Source: Octopus bimaculoides (taxonomy: Eukaryota). From it: DNA of 63,561 nucleotides. Position 1 is the first letter of the stretch. Every line of letters begins with the position of its first letter. The notes beneath the pieces are model-generated. The model had not been told where the DNA came from. It did no database searches and saw only the letters and a program-made list of their open reading frames with translations. Shown here piece by piece: positions 15,554 to 31,967 of this stretch. Where the stretch lies: the NCBI RefSeq assembly GCF_001194135.2, contig NC_069002.1:22670606-22734166 (forward strand). The letters run 5' to 3'. The translations under genes and the position numbers were made by a program.

Positions 15554-15708
15554 CTGTAATTGTTGTATTCTCTTTGTTTCAGTTGTTTGATGTGACTCTG
15601 TTTAAGCAACAACTTCTGGTTCTCCACAATCAGTAACGGCCGACATATACGTCCAGCATCAGTATATATTCGAATCTCCCTATCTCTAATATCTCGAATC
15701 ATTGATAC
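15554..15708 (-). CDS. POLR2B: RPB2 exon 13 (155 nt)
   Basis: cttcag|GTATCA...TACAG|gtgagt; [51 protein letters not shown]. Confidence 0.96.
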
Positions 15709-15938
15709 CTGAAGTACAAGAAACATAATATTGATGAATAATAAAGGATAAATGTACATAGAGGAAGAATGTTCTGTAGATAAATAATTAACAAGCCCTT
15801 AACTCTACAGATTGATAATTAAAACCCATTTGATATCAGATTTCCATTGAAATACTGTTTTTTCAATTAGGTCTGAAAATAAGGAAGATTTTAGCTAATA
15901 TTTGGAACATAAATTAAGAAAGAACATAGAAAACTGAC

Positions 15939-16050
15939 CTCAGATACAATGATATCCATTTCTCTTCTTAATTTTCTTAGTGTGTTCATCAACTGTTCAG
16001 GATCTCGATGGATGCCAACCCAGCATCCATTTACAAAGATTTTAGTTGCA
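15939..16050 (-). CDS. POLR2B: RPB2 exon 12 (112 nt)
   Basis: ttgtag|TGCAACT...TCTGAG|gtcagt; [37 protein letters not shown]. Confidence 0.96.
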
Positions 16051-17202
16051 CTACAAAGAAATGGTATTAGACATTAATTATAGAATGTAATAAAATATTA
16101 GAACATATAAATCATACAGAAAATCAATAATGGTCATCATCATCATCATCGTTTAACGTCCGCTTTCCATGCTAGCATGGGTTGGACGATTTGACTGAGG
16201 ACTGGCGAAACCGGATGGCAACACCAGGCTCCAATCTAATTTGGCAGAGTTTCTACAGCTGGATGCCCTTCCTAACGCCAACCACTCAGAGAGTGTAGTG
16301 GGTGCTTTTACGTGTCACCCGCACGAAAACGGCCACGCTCGAAATGGTGTCTTTTATGTGCCACCCGCACAAGAGCCAGTCCAGGGGCACTGGCAACGAT
16401 CTCGCTTGAATCAATATAATATATAATATAGATCAATGGTGATTAATACTGGCAAGAGATCAGACAAGATATTTCCTGAGATCAAGCTGACTGNNNNNNN
16501 NNNNNNNNNNNNNNNNNNNNNNNNNNNNNNNNNNNNNNNNNNNNNNNNNNNNNNNNNNNNNNNNNNNNNNNNNNNNNNNNNNNNNNNNNNNNNNNNNNNN
16601 NNNNNNNNNNNNNNNNNNNNNNNNNNNNNNNNNNNNNNNNNNNNNNNNNNNNNNNNNNNNNNNNNNNNNNNNNNNNNNNNNNNNNNNNNNNNNNNNNNNN
16701 NNNNNNNNNNNNNNNNNNNNNNNNNNNNNNNNNNNNNNNNNNNNNNNNNNNNNNNNNNNNNNNNNNNNNNNNNNNNNNNNNNNNNNNNNNNNNNNNNNNN
16801 NNNNNNNNNNNNNNNNNNNNNNNNNNNNNNNNNNNNNNNNNNNNNNNNNNNNNNNNNNNNNNNNNNNNNNNNNNNNNNNNNNNNNNNNNNNNNNNNNNNN
16901 NNNNNNNNNNNNNNNNNNNNNNNNNNNNNNAAGTCTTTGGACACCACCAAAGAAGGTGAGTAGATCTCAGTTGGAAGAAATGGTAATGTAGATAGTTCAT
17001 CTGTGCCCACTGCAACATTTGACATCATGGGAATGTAGGAATGAAGAAAATAAAAAGACTGTTAAGCACATAAAATTTCTAAATTTCATAAAATTACTTA
17101 TGAGTTACTAATTCACCCAAAATACATTAATGACTACAAAACCAAAACCTTGTTTTTTTTTTTTTATTAACGACTGAAAAGAAAAAAAAAAGATATATTT
17201 TA

Positions 17203-17421
<219 letters not shown>

Positions 17422-17937
17422 TTAATAAGGGATTGTCTTAATTGTTATAAGATTATATGTATCTCACCAGTTGGAAGTTTCAAATTAATAAACCTTAAAG
17501 GTGAGAATAAAACAATTAAAAAAATTTCGAATGGAAATTCAATAGAATCTACACTAAATCTATGAATGTGTAGAAAAAATATTGGTTCATATTAGATACT
17601 GTGAAAGACATAAGTTAAGAAAATAACCCAACCTGAAGTAAAAGATAAGAAAAGAAACTGTTATTGATCTTTCATTAAAAACTCATAATTATTTCACAAG
17701 TCTGTCAACTAATGATGGAGTGAATCCCATAATGTTCCATTTCATAGAGACGTTTGAAATTTTGTCTCTAAAGTTGGAACCTTGTGCAGTGGTGGAAAGT
17801 CCTTAATTCTACATTGAGCCATTTAATATCACTTCTTGTATCTGTAATTTCTGATCTATTAATGAACCTGTTGAGGTTGATTTGCACAACACAAAGAGGC
17901 CCTTTTTAAAGGGGTGGTAAGTGGTAATATGGAATTA

Positions 17938-18195
<258 letters not shown>

Positions 18196-19849
18196 TCACA
18201 AATTCAGAAACTGAATAGGTTAGGTGGATCACCATGAGAGCAGAATATTCCCAGTTTTTAAGCACTGGTGCTGGTGAAACCTAAAAAGTGGTTGGCACAA
18301 GAGAGGGCATTCCAGCTGTAGAAACCATACCAAAACAGACAATGGAACCTGGTGTGGCTCCTGAGCCTGCCAGCTCCTGACAAACCGTCCAACCCATGCC
18401 AACATGGAAAACAGATGTTAAATGATGATGATGATAATGATGATATTTATGAAACTCTTTTAAGATTTGAAACATTGCTTCAGCTTATTCATAATCATTA
18501 TTGTTTTAATGTCCCTTTTTCCATGCTCACGGGGTTCAGATGAGAATTGTTGAGGCAGATTTTCTACAGCTGGATGCCCTTTCTGTCACCAACCTTTACC
18601 GGTTTTCCAAGCAAGGTAATATTTCCCCATGGCTACACATCCTGTCCGCAGAAGAGTGGAAATAAACAACACTGCTTGTATGACAGTGACACTCATTTAC
18701 AACTATCACATGATTATTTCTTTATTACCCACAGGGGGCTAAACACAGAGAGGACAAACAAGGACAGACAAAGGAATTAAGTCGATTACATCAACCCCAG
18801 TGCGTAACTGGTACTTATCTAATCGACCCCAAAAAGATGAAAGGCAAAGTCGGCCTCGGCAGAATTTGAATTCAGAACATAATAACAGACGAAACACCAT
18901 TAAGCATTTCGCCTGGCATGCTAGCATTTCTGCCAGCTCACCGCCTTAAACTTACAACTATCACATGATGCCAAGACAAGGAGAGACCAATACATAAATA
19001 CACACACACATGATGAGTTTCTTTAAGTTTCTGTCTAGCAAAACCGCTTACAAGGATTTGGTTAGCTTTGGGTTATAGTAGAAGACACCCAGTGCCATGT
19101 AGTGGGACTGAACCCAGAACCAAGTGGTTGGGAAGTAAACTTTTTAATCATACAGCCACACTTGTACCTACCTGTATGTTCAATTATTCACACCTCTCAA
19201 TCTATCAGACCTAATTTTCTTAAAGTCTAATGTGTAAAACTTTCATCTTATCTTCCTGGTTTCAATTCCAGTTCTACTCCCTGTGAACAAAACAATGTTG
19301 AGCCCATCTATTACTTCTTGTAAACTGGACCCAACTCATGAGAAAAGGACAAGTTAATGATACAGCAGGCCGAAATGAAACACTGGTGACATGTAAACAA
19401 TAATGTTACTACCAGAACAACATATAATCTTTGCTGCATCACTTTGTTCTAAATACAATCAGTCAAATATGGAGTTTTTATGAGCTTGACTGACATAGAG
19501 GAAACAACAGCTAAATTACCACCAAATCACAACTAGCTTATAAAAAAAAAAAAAAAGAAAAAAAAACCTAGAGTTCCAGATTATCATAAGTTTGGAAATG
19601 GAAAAAAAGATGGGATAATCATAACCTGAATATCTTTGGTCTTGGGTGCCTTGAATCAAGTTTTTGGTTGGAGTTAAAACAAAAACAGCAGCATAATATA
19701 TAGTAGGGAGTTTCTACACACTTGATTGACTTATTTAAACGAAGCAGACAAATTAGTCATAACCCTTTGAAACCACCACCTAATATTCTGTTTCAAATGT
19801 TAATTTTTAAAGCAATATCCAAAAGAACAGTTATAGGCACAGGTCCGAG

Positions 19850-20220
19850 CGTGATCGTTGCCAGAGCAGCTGTCCGGCTTCCGTGCCGGTGGCACGTAAA
19901 TAGCACCATTTGAGTGTGATCGCTACCAACGTCGCCTTCCTGGCACGTGGAAAAACATTTGAGCGAGATCATTGCCAGTGCCGCTGGACTGGCTCCTATG
20001 CAGGTGGCACGTAAAATACACCATTTTGAGCGTGGCTGTTGCCAGTACCACCTAACTGGCCTTCGGAGTAGTTGGCATTAGGAAGGGCATCCAGCTGTAG
20101 AAACTCTGCCAAATCAGATTGGAGCCTGGTGTAGCCTCCTGGTCCACCAGTCCTCAGTCAAATCGTCCAACCCATGCTAGCATGGAAAGCGGACGTTAAA
20201 CGACGACGACGATGATGATA
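19850..20220 (+). mobile_element. SINE-like family C with internal ~60-bp repeats and (GAT)n tail; others ~11780-12045, 16135-16410, 18270-18445, 27690-27880, 32260-32520, 60170-60560
   Basis: Recurrent tail ccaacccatgctagcatggaaagcggacgttaaacgatgatgat; (GAT)n tails are typical of RTE-type partners (inference). Confidence 0.75.
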
Positions 20221-20574
20221 TGGCTGTGTTGGCAAGTTTGTTTTGTAACTACATGGCTTCAGGTTCAATCCCATAGCATGTTTTCTGCTATAGCCTCTGG
20301 TTCACCAATGCCTTATCAGTGAAACTGGTAGAGGGGAAACTGTACAGAAGCCTATTGTTTATGTTTCTGTGTCTACATCAGTGTCTATGTTGGTACTACT
20401 TGGAAATTAAACAGTGTTTTATGTTTACATCCAGTAACTTACCAGTGTGACAAATAGAGATTTCTTAAAATTAAGAACTGGGATCAATGTGATTAAATTT
20501 CTTCAAGGCAGTACCCCAGCATGGCCACCACCTATCTGCTCACACTAATAGCAACAGAAGTGACATTGTGGTTA

Positions 20575-20775
<201 letters not shown>

Positions 20776-21023
20776 TTACAAATAAGTGTATCAAATGAAT
20801 TTAAGGATTTATAGTTAGAAACCAAAGGATAGAGGTTTCTAAGTATATATATATATATAACAAGCAAAAAAGAGGTACGGTATTCAGTGCTTTATAGAAC
20901 ACACACATGTTTCAGCAAAGCACTGCAATAATTACAAAACAGTTATAGAAACATTATGCAATCTTTCACCCCCACCCCTCCACCATATCAGTGTCCAGCA
21001 ATAAATGATTATAATAACACTTA

Positions 21024-21731
<708 letters not shown>

Positions 21732-21739
21732 CACATTTA

Positions 21740-22976
21740 TCTATATATATAACAATGAGAATGTGTGTCTGTCTGTCTGTCTGAATCCCTAAAACTCGAG
21801 AACTACGCAACCAATTTCATTCAAATTTTACAGATGCCTTACTTAGGGTTCCAGTTGTGTTTTAGTCAAAACATTTTTTAACTTCTTGCAGAGTTCGAGC
21901 CCACAGCAACATAATATCTCCTCCACTATTTAAGTATTACGTGTCAAAATTGAAATAAAAACTAAACTCTCATGTCAAATACTTTCACTTTAAAAATGAA
22001 ACTATTCCACTAACTGAAACAATCCCATTTCGATACTGTAATGNNNNNNNNNNNNNNNNNNNNNNNNNNNNNNNNNNNNNNNNNNNNNNNNNNNNNNNNN
22101 NNNNNNNNNNNNNNNNNNNNNNNNNNNNNNNNNNNNNNNNNNNNNNNNNNNNNNNNNNNNNNNNNNNNNNNNNNNNNNNNNNNNNNNNNNNNNNNNNNNN
22201 NNNNNNNNNNNNNNNNNNNNNNNNNNNNNNNNNNNNNNNNNNNNNNNNNNNNNNNNNNNNNNNNNNNNNNNNNNNNNNNNNNNNNNNNNNNNNNNNNNNN
22301 NNNNNNNNNNNNNNNNNNNNNNNNNNNNNNNNNNNNNNNNNNNNNNNNNNNNNNNNNNNNNNNNNNNNNNNNNNNNNNNNNNNNNNNNNNNNNNNNNNNN
22401 NNNNNNNNNNNNNNNNNNNNNNNNNNNNNNNNNNNNNNNNNNNNNNNNNNNNNNNNNNNNNNNNNNNNNNNNNNNNNNNNNNNNNNNNNNNNNNNNNNNN
22501 NNNNNNNNNNNNNNNNNNNNNNNNNNNNNNNNNNNNNNNNNNNNNNNNNNNNNNNNNNNNNNNNNNNNNNNNNNNNNNNNNNNNNNNNNNNNNNNNNNNN
22601 NNNNNNNNNNNNNNNNNNNNNNNNNNNNNNNNNNNNNNNNNNNNNNNNNNNNNNNNNNNNNNNNNNNNNNNNNNNNNNNNNNNNNNNNNNNNNAAAGTGT
22701 TGAGTAAAATTATTTCGTTGCAGACCTCCTTTGGGTCTTTTTATTATCACTACGACACACATAGTCCCCAGTTGGTAACATTGATTTCAAGGCCCTCCTA
22801 GATGAGAGCCTGGCATTCCACTTAATGTCTATGTTCCATGCTGGCATGGATTGGAGAGTTATTAATGTAGAAATATGGTATCGTAGCTACTAACAGTTGA
22901 GGGTTGCGTAGTCTAGACGGCGTTTTTAGATTTCATTATTCTCTTTAACCCGGGCAAAGCCGGGTATTTCTGCTAG
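21740..22976 (+). mobile_element. Helitron family 1, both ends present (interior in gap)
   Basis: a|TCTATATATAT 5' end; 3' hairpin cccgg-gcaaag-ccggg followed by CTAG|t; A/T target site, no TSD. Confidence 0.85.
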
Positions 22977-23469
22977 TATATATATATATATATATGCAGT
23001 AATCACTAGCCATGTTGCAGTTCACCTTTATATATATATATATATATATATATTGGTTATTAGCTACATTAGGATTTTAGTGGCATTAAAATTACTGGGT
23101 TAGATATTAGGTTGTAGGTTATACTGGACTTGTGACATGTGTGTGTGTGTGTGTGCAAATAAGGGGGTTCAGCAGAATCATTAAAGAGTCAGACAGTTTT
23201 ATGTTCAATCCAGTCATGTTCAGTCCTACAATGTCGTACTAAAAGTAAACAATGACATCATTGAAATCTAAAATCTACAAGATAATGCTCAATTAATTCA
23301 AAACAATTTCAAAAAGCATTACATTTAATGAAGTAATTATCACATCACCATTCAAGGCCCATTTTCCATGCTGGCAGGAGTTGGAAGCCAGGGAACTGCA
23401 CCAAGCTCTAAGGATTGCTTTGGCATGGTTTCTATGGCTGAATGCTAATGGCTTGAAGAGGTTCACTTA

Positions 23470-23667
<198 letters not shown>

Positions 23668-25087
23668 CTACATAAATAAAAGGGGGTAAAAAAATATTCA
23701 TGAAAAATATAATTCTATATATTTTATAAAATCAATAATAATCAAAAAAGAAAAATAGCTCAAGGGAAATGACAAGTAAAACAATGACAATAATTAAGAT
23801 AAGTGAAAAAGATTGTGTATCCAATGATGTAAGCAAAAATTCTGAAATAAATTAGATTGACTTCTTAACGAGAGAAAGTAAACAAAGATGTAGCAGAGAG
23901 TATTAAGAACTGTCAAAGATAATTTTAAGAATTTAACAGTTTCACAAAGTTAATTCACATGCTTAAAAAGAAATAAGATCTTTGAAGTAAAATCAAGCTC
24001 AGGCCTGTCCTTGAAAAGGCGCGGGAGTGGCTGTGTGGTAAGTAGCTTGCTTACCAACCACATGGTTCTGGGTTCAGTCCCACTGCGTGGCACCTTGGGC
24101 AAGTGTCTTCTACTATAGCCTCGGGCCGACCAAAGCCTTGTGAGTGGATTTGGTAGACAGAAACTGAAAGAAGCCCGTCGTATATATGTATAAATATATG
24201 TGTGTGTGTGTGTGTTTGTTCCCCCAACATTGCTTGACAACCGATGCTGGTGTGTTTACGTCATGAACTAAGGGAAATAATGCAAGACATAAAACAAAGG
24301 GAGGTAACTAAATGCTGTAAAGCATTTTCTCACGCAATCTACTGGTCCTGCCAACAACGACCAACAGCAACATCAGCATCACAATTCTCCTCCTCCTCAT
24401 TTAACCGCCACTTTTCTATGCTTGCATGGGTCAGACGAAATCTTAGTCAGGTTTTCAGAACGTAAAGTTGCACGAAATGTTTGGCATGCTAACAATTCTG
24501 CTTGCCACTTAACAAAATAATAATAATAATGCTTTCTGCTTTAGGCACAAGGCCTGAAATTTAGAGAGAAAGGTCCAGTTGATTACATCGACCCCTGTAC
24601 TCCACTTGTACTTATTTCATCGACTCCAAAAGGGTAAAAGGCAAAGTCAACCTCAGTGGAACCCGAATAATAATAATAATAATCCTTTCTATTATAGGCA
24701 CAAGGCATGAAATTTGGGAGGATGGGGCTAGTTGATTATGTCAACCCCAGTGTTTTGCTGGCACTTAATTTATCTACCACGAAACGATTACCGGTAAAGT
24801 CGACCGTGGCGGAATTTGAACTCAGAATATAAAGATGGAGGGCGAAATGCCGCTAAGCATTTGGCCCAGCATGTCGCCTTAATAATATTAATAATAATCC
24901 TTTCTACAATAGGCACAAGGCCTGAAATTTGAGGGGAGAGGATAGTCAATTACACCGACCCCAGTATTTCACTGGTACTTAATTTATTGACCCTGAAAGG
25001 ATGAAAGACAAAACTGATGTTGGTGGAATCTGAACTCAGAATGTAACAGCAGACGAAATCCCGCTATGCATTTCGCCCAGCGTGCTA

Positions 25088-25318
<231 letters not shown>

Positions 25319-26664
25319 CTACGAAAAACAAAACAATAATTCAGTGATTTCCAACATAGGTTAAATATCACATATATTCAGGGAGGGTCGTGTCATTTCA
25401 AACAACACACAACTTGACTGCTACATACTCTCTCTCGATTCTGGCAGCATGAATGGTGGAGTCAACCTCAATGAGGTTTGATCTCAGAGCATCAAGGAAT
25501 GTACAGAAATACCACATTCAAATAATTCCACCATTTCATAGATCAAAGTCAAAAAGAAAAAGAAAAAAAAGTATAAAGATAATACAAAATCAACTTAAGA
25601 GCAAATTAAATTCCAAACACACAAGAACTGCACAAAGCAGACTGGCAGAAACATGACAAGTCGGGGGATGTGATTCCCCTCTTGCACATATCTGAGTAAC
25701 AATAACTTTATTCCATCTTCCATTTCTCTCTGATTCTTGATGAAAGATCCTAACTCCCAAAAACAGAAAGACAAAAGTAAATCTTCAACTATTGTTCACT
25801 CTTCACTTTACATAGTTTCACCCATAACAAGTTATCAAGTGTTTCTATATATATTTCTTTATTGCCCACAGGGGGGCTAAACATAGAGGGGACAAACAAG
25901 GACAGACACAGGGATTAAGTCAATTACATCGACCCCAGTGTGTAACTGGTACTTACTTAATCAACTCTGGAAGGATGAAAGGCAAAGTCAACCTAGGTGG
26001 AATTTGAACTCAGACAGACGAAATACTGCTAAGTATTTCGCCTGGCATGCTAACGATTCTGCCAGCTCGCTGCCCTAAGTGTCTCTATATTGCTTGTTCA
26101 GTCATTTTTGTTACATAGGTTTTTTTTACCATGCCAGCATGGGTTAGGTGAATACATATTACTGAAGCACTGTTTTCACAGTCTGATGCCCTTCCTGTCA
26201 CACTTTACCCATTTTTCATGTCAGGGACTTTTCATTCAATTTGTCTTGAAGGATACAGTTAGCAGATGATTTATTAACAGACAATTGTCAATAAACAGCA
26301 TCAGTTGTGGCTCAGTACTTTGTTTCATGCAAAGCTCAGGATGTAAACACACACACGTGAATACTACACATGTGCATGCACATCATCATCATCATCCTTT
26401 AACACTTGCCTTCCATGCTGGCATGTATGTGGAAACTAGACATGTATATAGCCACATGCATATATGTAGAAACATTTATGTAATATAAATAACTGAGAAT
26501 CCTTATTCTATGAAACAGCATTCACAGACGGACATTTGTAAACATCATTTCAAGCATGAAAAGAACTCCACAACCACACACTGTCTGTTGAACAAAGAGT
26601 GTACCAATGGTATTGCTAGATTTTTGTAACTAATGTAAAACGCATCTTCAACATGCACAAATAT

Positions 26665-26699
<35 letters not shown>

Positions 26700-26761
26700 G
26701 ATCGAGTTAATGTTTGAAGCTTGAGGATAAAGAGAGCAAAACAAGAACCAAGTTAACTCAC

Positions 26762-26883
26762 AGTTCCTCCTCTGGCCATCATATTGACCCAAAGTGTACT
26801 GGTGGGACGGGAGGAGTGTTCAAGGCAAGACCGGATTTCTGTTTTATAAGCATACTTAGAATCCTTCTGTTGAAATACATACA
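26762..26883 (-). CDS. POLR2B: RPB2 exon 5 (122 nt)
   Basis: tttcag|TGTATG...GGAACT|gtgagt; [41 protein letters not shown]. Confidence 0.95.
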
Positions 26884-29060
26884 CTGAAATAAGGAGGAAA
26901 AAAAAAGAAAAAAAGAATAGAAAAACAAGGAAATTGATTTTCCCAGAGAAATGGTTTTCTTTGATATGTGGTGGAGAAAGGGGATGCGCAGGGGGTATTT
27001 GATTGATTTGATTGATTGCATTGTCTTACGTAAGGTGAGGGTAGGGGTAGTTATTGCTGGGTTGGTTGAATCATAGAATACCAGTTAAAAGAAGAAAAAC
27101 AAACTTTCAGCAATTGATGGTCAGTCACTGGCTGACTGTAAACTTTGCGCAGCTGAAATCAACTGTTATTGATGCAGCCCAAATGCACAACTCGCTAATT
27201 CGCATATAAATGATAACATGACCACAACTTGTCCATTCCTACAAACACACAGAAGTCACGAGAACAAAGATAAAAATCTCCGATTGAAAGCTTCGCGTTA
27301 TCATTTCGTATTGTTGCCTTGAAGATGATGACAAAGTTGCACTGAAACTTCTATTGAGTTACAATCCTCTCTCAATATCCAGTGGACTAGAAGCAGTAGT
27401 CAGTTTCATTAACTTCAGTCATCAATCTCATTACTTTTGCCCGCATCAACAGTCATCTCTTTCTTGCATACATCATATTATGCCAACTGTTGTCTTCTTA
27501 TATTGTATATAAAGATAATATCAGGTGAAGGCAAGGCTGTGGTAAGAAGCTTGCTTCCCAACCACATGGTTCTGGGTTCAGTTCCACAGCACAGCACTTT
27601 GGGCAAGTGTCTTCTATTATAGTCTCAGGTCAAGTAAAGACTTGTGAGTGAATATGGTAGATGGAAACCGAAAGAAGCTTTTCGTATCATAATCATCATC
27701 ATTTAACATGTTTTCCATGGTGGCAAGGCCAGGGGCCACACCAGGTTCCATAGATTGTTTTGGGCTTTGTTTCTACAGCTGGACACCCTTCCTAAGACCA
27801 GTCACGCCACAAAGTGTACTGGGTGCTTTTTATGTGGCACCATCACCAGTGCTTTCTAACATGGCACCCGCACCATGTTGTGTACATCTATATGTAGGGG
27901 GGTGTCTGTGTGTGTGTGTGTGTGTGTCTCTTTGTTCCTGTGTTTGTCCACCACTGTTTGACAACTGGTGTTGGTGTGTTTATGTCCCTATCACCTAGCG
28001 GTTCAGCAAAAGTGACCCATAGAATAAGTATCAGGCTTAAAAAAAGAAAAAGCAAAATAAAATACTGGGGTCGATTCATTCAATTAAAAACCTTCCAAGG
28101 CATTGCTCCAGCATGGCTGCACTCTCATGACGGAAACAAGCAAACCATAGAAGATAACAGAGCGATAGCTTTGATGCAAGTGTAGGTCTTGGTTGGAGCA
28201 CTTAATTGGCCGATGTCAATATCAGGAGTGGAGAGAGAGAGAGAGAGAAAGACGGGTTCCAAACAAACAGGATTCAGTTCTGATTCAAACAACCCATATC
28301 CTGAACTAATGGAATAAAAAAATCCACAACAAACATTTATTAACCCTTCAACATTCCAATTCCTCTGTCAAATGTATTGTTTATTTCTTCACATTGCCTT
28401 GAATTAATTACATTATATTTCGTAGCCTCAAGATTTCAAAAGTGTTTTTGTATATTTTTAGAATGACATTGTAAGGAAGGCGTGAGAGATTTGGATCTGG
28501 TGAGTTTTGACATAAAACAGATGGAACATTTTGGCTGGACATGCCCAGATTAAATGCTTAAAGGGTTAAGAAAGGTTTCTGCAACACAGAATCCACTTTC
28601 ACTCTTACAATTCCTGGATGAAGCTAACAGACAACTTGTCAATGGTACAATGTATGGAGATTAAAACTTCGATGTATGCGTTGTGGTTTATTTACTCAAT
28701 ATATGCTCTGCTAAAGTATACAAAAGGGGACTTATGTACAAGTATATATAACTTTACAGCAATCCCTTGCCATATCACAGTTTATTATTTAAGCTTACAG
28801 CAATACCTCCGTGGTGTTGTTTTGCATTTATAATAAAATAAATTCTTTTATTTGTTTCAGTCATTTGACTGCGGCCATGGTGGAGCACCGCCTTTAGTTG
28901 AGCAAATCGACCCCACGTATTATTCTTTGTAAGCCTAGTACTTATTCTATCGATCCCATTTGCCGAACCGCTAGGTTACAGGGACGTAAACACACCAGCA
29001 TCGGTTGTCAAGCAATGTTGGGGGGACAAACACAGACACACAAACATATACACACGCACA

Positions 29061-29105
<45 letters not shown>

Positions 29106-29109
29106 ATAC

Positions 29110-29140
<31 letters not shown>

Positions 29141-30189
29141 CATACATATATATACATATATACGATGGGCTTCTTTAGGTTTCCATCTATTAAATCCACT
29201 CACAAGGCTTTGGTCAGCCCGAGGCTATAGTAGAAGACACTTGCCCAAGGTGCTATGCAGTGGGACTGAACCCAGAACCATGTGATTTGTAAGCAAGGTA
29301 CTCACCACTCCTACGCTATAGTAGAATACACTTGCCCAAGGTGTCATGCAGTGGGACTGAACCTGGAACCATGTGGTTGGTAAGCAAGCTACTTACCACA
29401 CAGCCGTGTACAAAAATAATTAAAAAAATATACAGTACAGTACTGTTTCTACTTCGTGGATTTTCACCTATCATGGGGGGTTTTGGAATGTAACATCTGC
29501 AATAGTTGAGGGATTACTATATATTCAAACCTATACTAATGGTTTCACTCAGGTATATAAGAGGATATCAGAGATCTGCAGAAGCTGCAAAGTCAGGAAA
29601 TAAATACATAGCTAATACAGAAAACAGGAAAAAGTTCAAACACCAACTGCAGGGTTTCTGGTGCCATGTCTGCTGCAAACCAAATAGCTTTCCTAACTAC
29701 AGCACCAGCCCATGACTACCGACACTAGTAGACTTAAGTAACTATAGTGATACTAGTGACCTGTCAATAGGGATTTTAGGGCACACTCAGTATTCAAGAT
29801 ATGCACATATGTGTGTGTATCCTGCATGCACAGATATGCAGTTTGCTTTGCAACCATGTGGTTTCAAGTTCAATTCCACCACATGGCACCTTGCTCAAGT
29901 GTCTTCTACTACAGCTCCATGCTGACCAATAACCTGTGAAGGAAAATGGTAGATGGAAACTGTATGGAAGCCTGCTGTGTGTGTGTGTTTCATTTACTGC
30001 CCCACTGCTTGACAACTGGTGTTGGTTTGTTTACATTCCTGTAACTTAGCAACAGAAACTAACAGAATAAAGACCAGACTTAAAAATAAGTACTGAGGCT
30101 GATCTGCTTGACTAAAACCCATCAAAGTGATGCCCAGCATGGCTGCAAGTCAATGACTGAAGACAGCCCGTTGTATATATATACATATA

Positions 30190-31669
30190 CTAGCAGAAAT
30201 ACCCGGCGTTGCCCGGGTTAAAGAGAATAATGAAATCTAAAAACGCCGTCTAGACTACGCATCATCTTTATATATAGAGATGTATATACACACACGCACC
30301 CAAACACATGTATATATATGTATATCAATATAAATATATGAAAGTCAATGAAGTTTCGTAAAAGAAGGTGATCATGTACATACTTTCTTGCTGTTGTGAT
30401 TATAACACCTTGTTGTAAACTATGTTCCTTGTTTTCCCTTGTGGAGCATATACAAATAGGTTTTTTGTTGCTGCCCACTCTTGAGNNNNNNNNNNNNNNN
30501 NNNNNNNNNNNNNNNNNNNNNNNNNNNNNNNNNNNNNNNNNNNNNNNNNNNNNNNNNNNNNNNNNNNNNNNNNNNNNNNNNNNNNNNNNNNNNNNNNNNN
30601 NNNNNNNNNNNNNNNNNNNNNNNNNNNNNNNNNNNNNNNNNNNNNNNNNNNNNNNNNNNNNNNNNNNNNNNNNNNNNNNNNNNNNNNNNNNNNNNNNNNN
30701 NNNNNNNNNNNNNNNNNNNNNNNNNNNNNNNNNNNNNNNNNNNNNNNNNNNNNNNNNNNNNNNNNNNNNNNNNNNNNNNNNNNNNNNNNNNNNNNNNNNN
30801 NNNNNNNNNNNNNNNNNNNNNNNNNNNNNNNNNNNNNNNNNNNNNNNNNNNNNNNNNNNNNNNNNNNNNNNNNNNNNNNNNNNNNNNNNNNNNNNNNNNN
30901 NNNNNNNNNNNNNNNNNNNNNNNNNNNNNNNNNNNNNNNNNNNNNNNNNNNNNNNNNNNNNNNNNNNNNNNNNNNNNNNNNNNNNNNNNNNNNNNNNNNN
31001 NNNNNNNNNNNNNNNNNNNNNNNNNNNNNNNNNNNNNNNNNNNNNNNNNNNNNNNNNNNNNNNNNNNNNNNNNNNNNNNNNNNNNNNNNNNNNNNNNNNN
31101 NNNNNNNNNNNNNNNNNNNNNNNNNNNNNNNNNNNNNNNNNNNNNNNNNNNNNNNNNNNNNNNNNNNNNNNNNNNNNNNNNNNNNNNNNNNNNNNNNNNN
31201 NNNNNNNNNNNNNNNNNNNNNNNNNNNNNNNNNNNNNNNNNNNNNNNNNNNNNNNNNNNNNNNNNNNNNNNNNNNNNNNNNNNNNNNNNNNNNNNNNNNN
31301 NNNNNNNNNNNNNNNNNNNNNNNNNNNNNNNNNNNNNNNNNNNNNNNNNNNNNNNCTACAGTATCGAAATGTGATTGTTTCAGTTAGTGGAATAGTTTCA
31401 TTTTTAAAGTGAAAGTATTTGACATGAGTGTTTTTGTTTCACTTTTGACACGTAATACTTAAATAGTGGAGGAGATATTATGTTGCCGTGTGCTCGAACT
31501 CTGCAAGAAGTTAATAATTTTTTTTGACTAAAACACAACTGGAACCCTAAGTAAGGCATGTGTAAAATTTGAATGAAATTGGTTGCGTAGTTCTTGAGTT
31601 TTAGGGATTCACACACACAGACAGACAGACCGACAGACAGACACACATTCTCATTTTTATATATATAGA
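30190..31669 (-). mobile_element. Helitron family 1 copy with RepHel C-terminal remnant
   Basis: 5' TC at 31669; 3' hairpin cccgggcaacgccggg and CTAG|T at 30190; 30401-30484 reads SRVGSNK/NLFVYAPQGKTRNIVYNKVL* with one frameshift, the typical Helitron helicase tail. Confidence 0.8.
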
Positions 31670-31967
31670 TATATAATATGTGTGTGTGTTTGCATGCGTG
31701 TGTGTCTTTGTGTCTGTTTGCCCTTTGGTGCTGATGTGTTTACATCCTTGTAACTTAGTGCTTTGGCAAAAGAGACAAATAGAATAAGTACTAGGTTTAG
31801 AAAAAAGTCCTAGGGTCAATCTGTCTGACTAAAAAAACATTCAAGGTGTGGTGCCCTTGCATGGCTGCAGTCAAATGACTGAAACAAGTAAAAGATATAT
31901 ATAAGCATATATGTATGCACACACAACTACACAAAAGTTTGATAAAAAAGTTTTAAAATAACCATAC

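Noticed and set aside
16190-16225. CTGAGGA...GAAACCGG in SINE family C
   Set aside because: Only 5 nt lie between the core halves, so there is no stem II; likely chance.
27305-27345. TTGAAGATG...GAAAC, possible decayed Penelope-type end
   Set aside because: Stems are too degraded to support.
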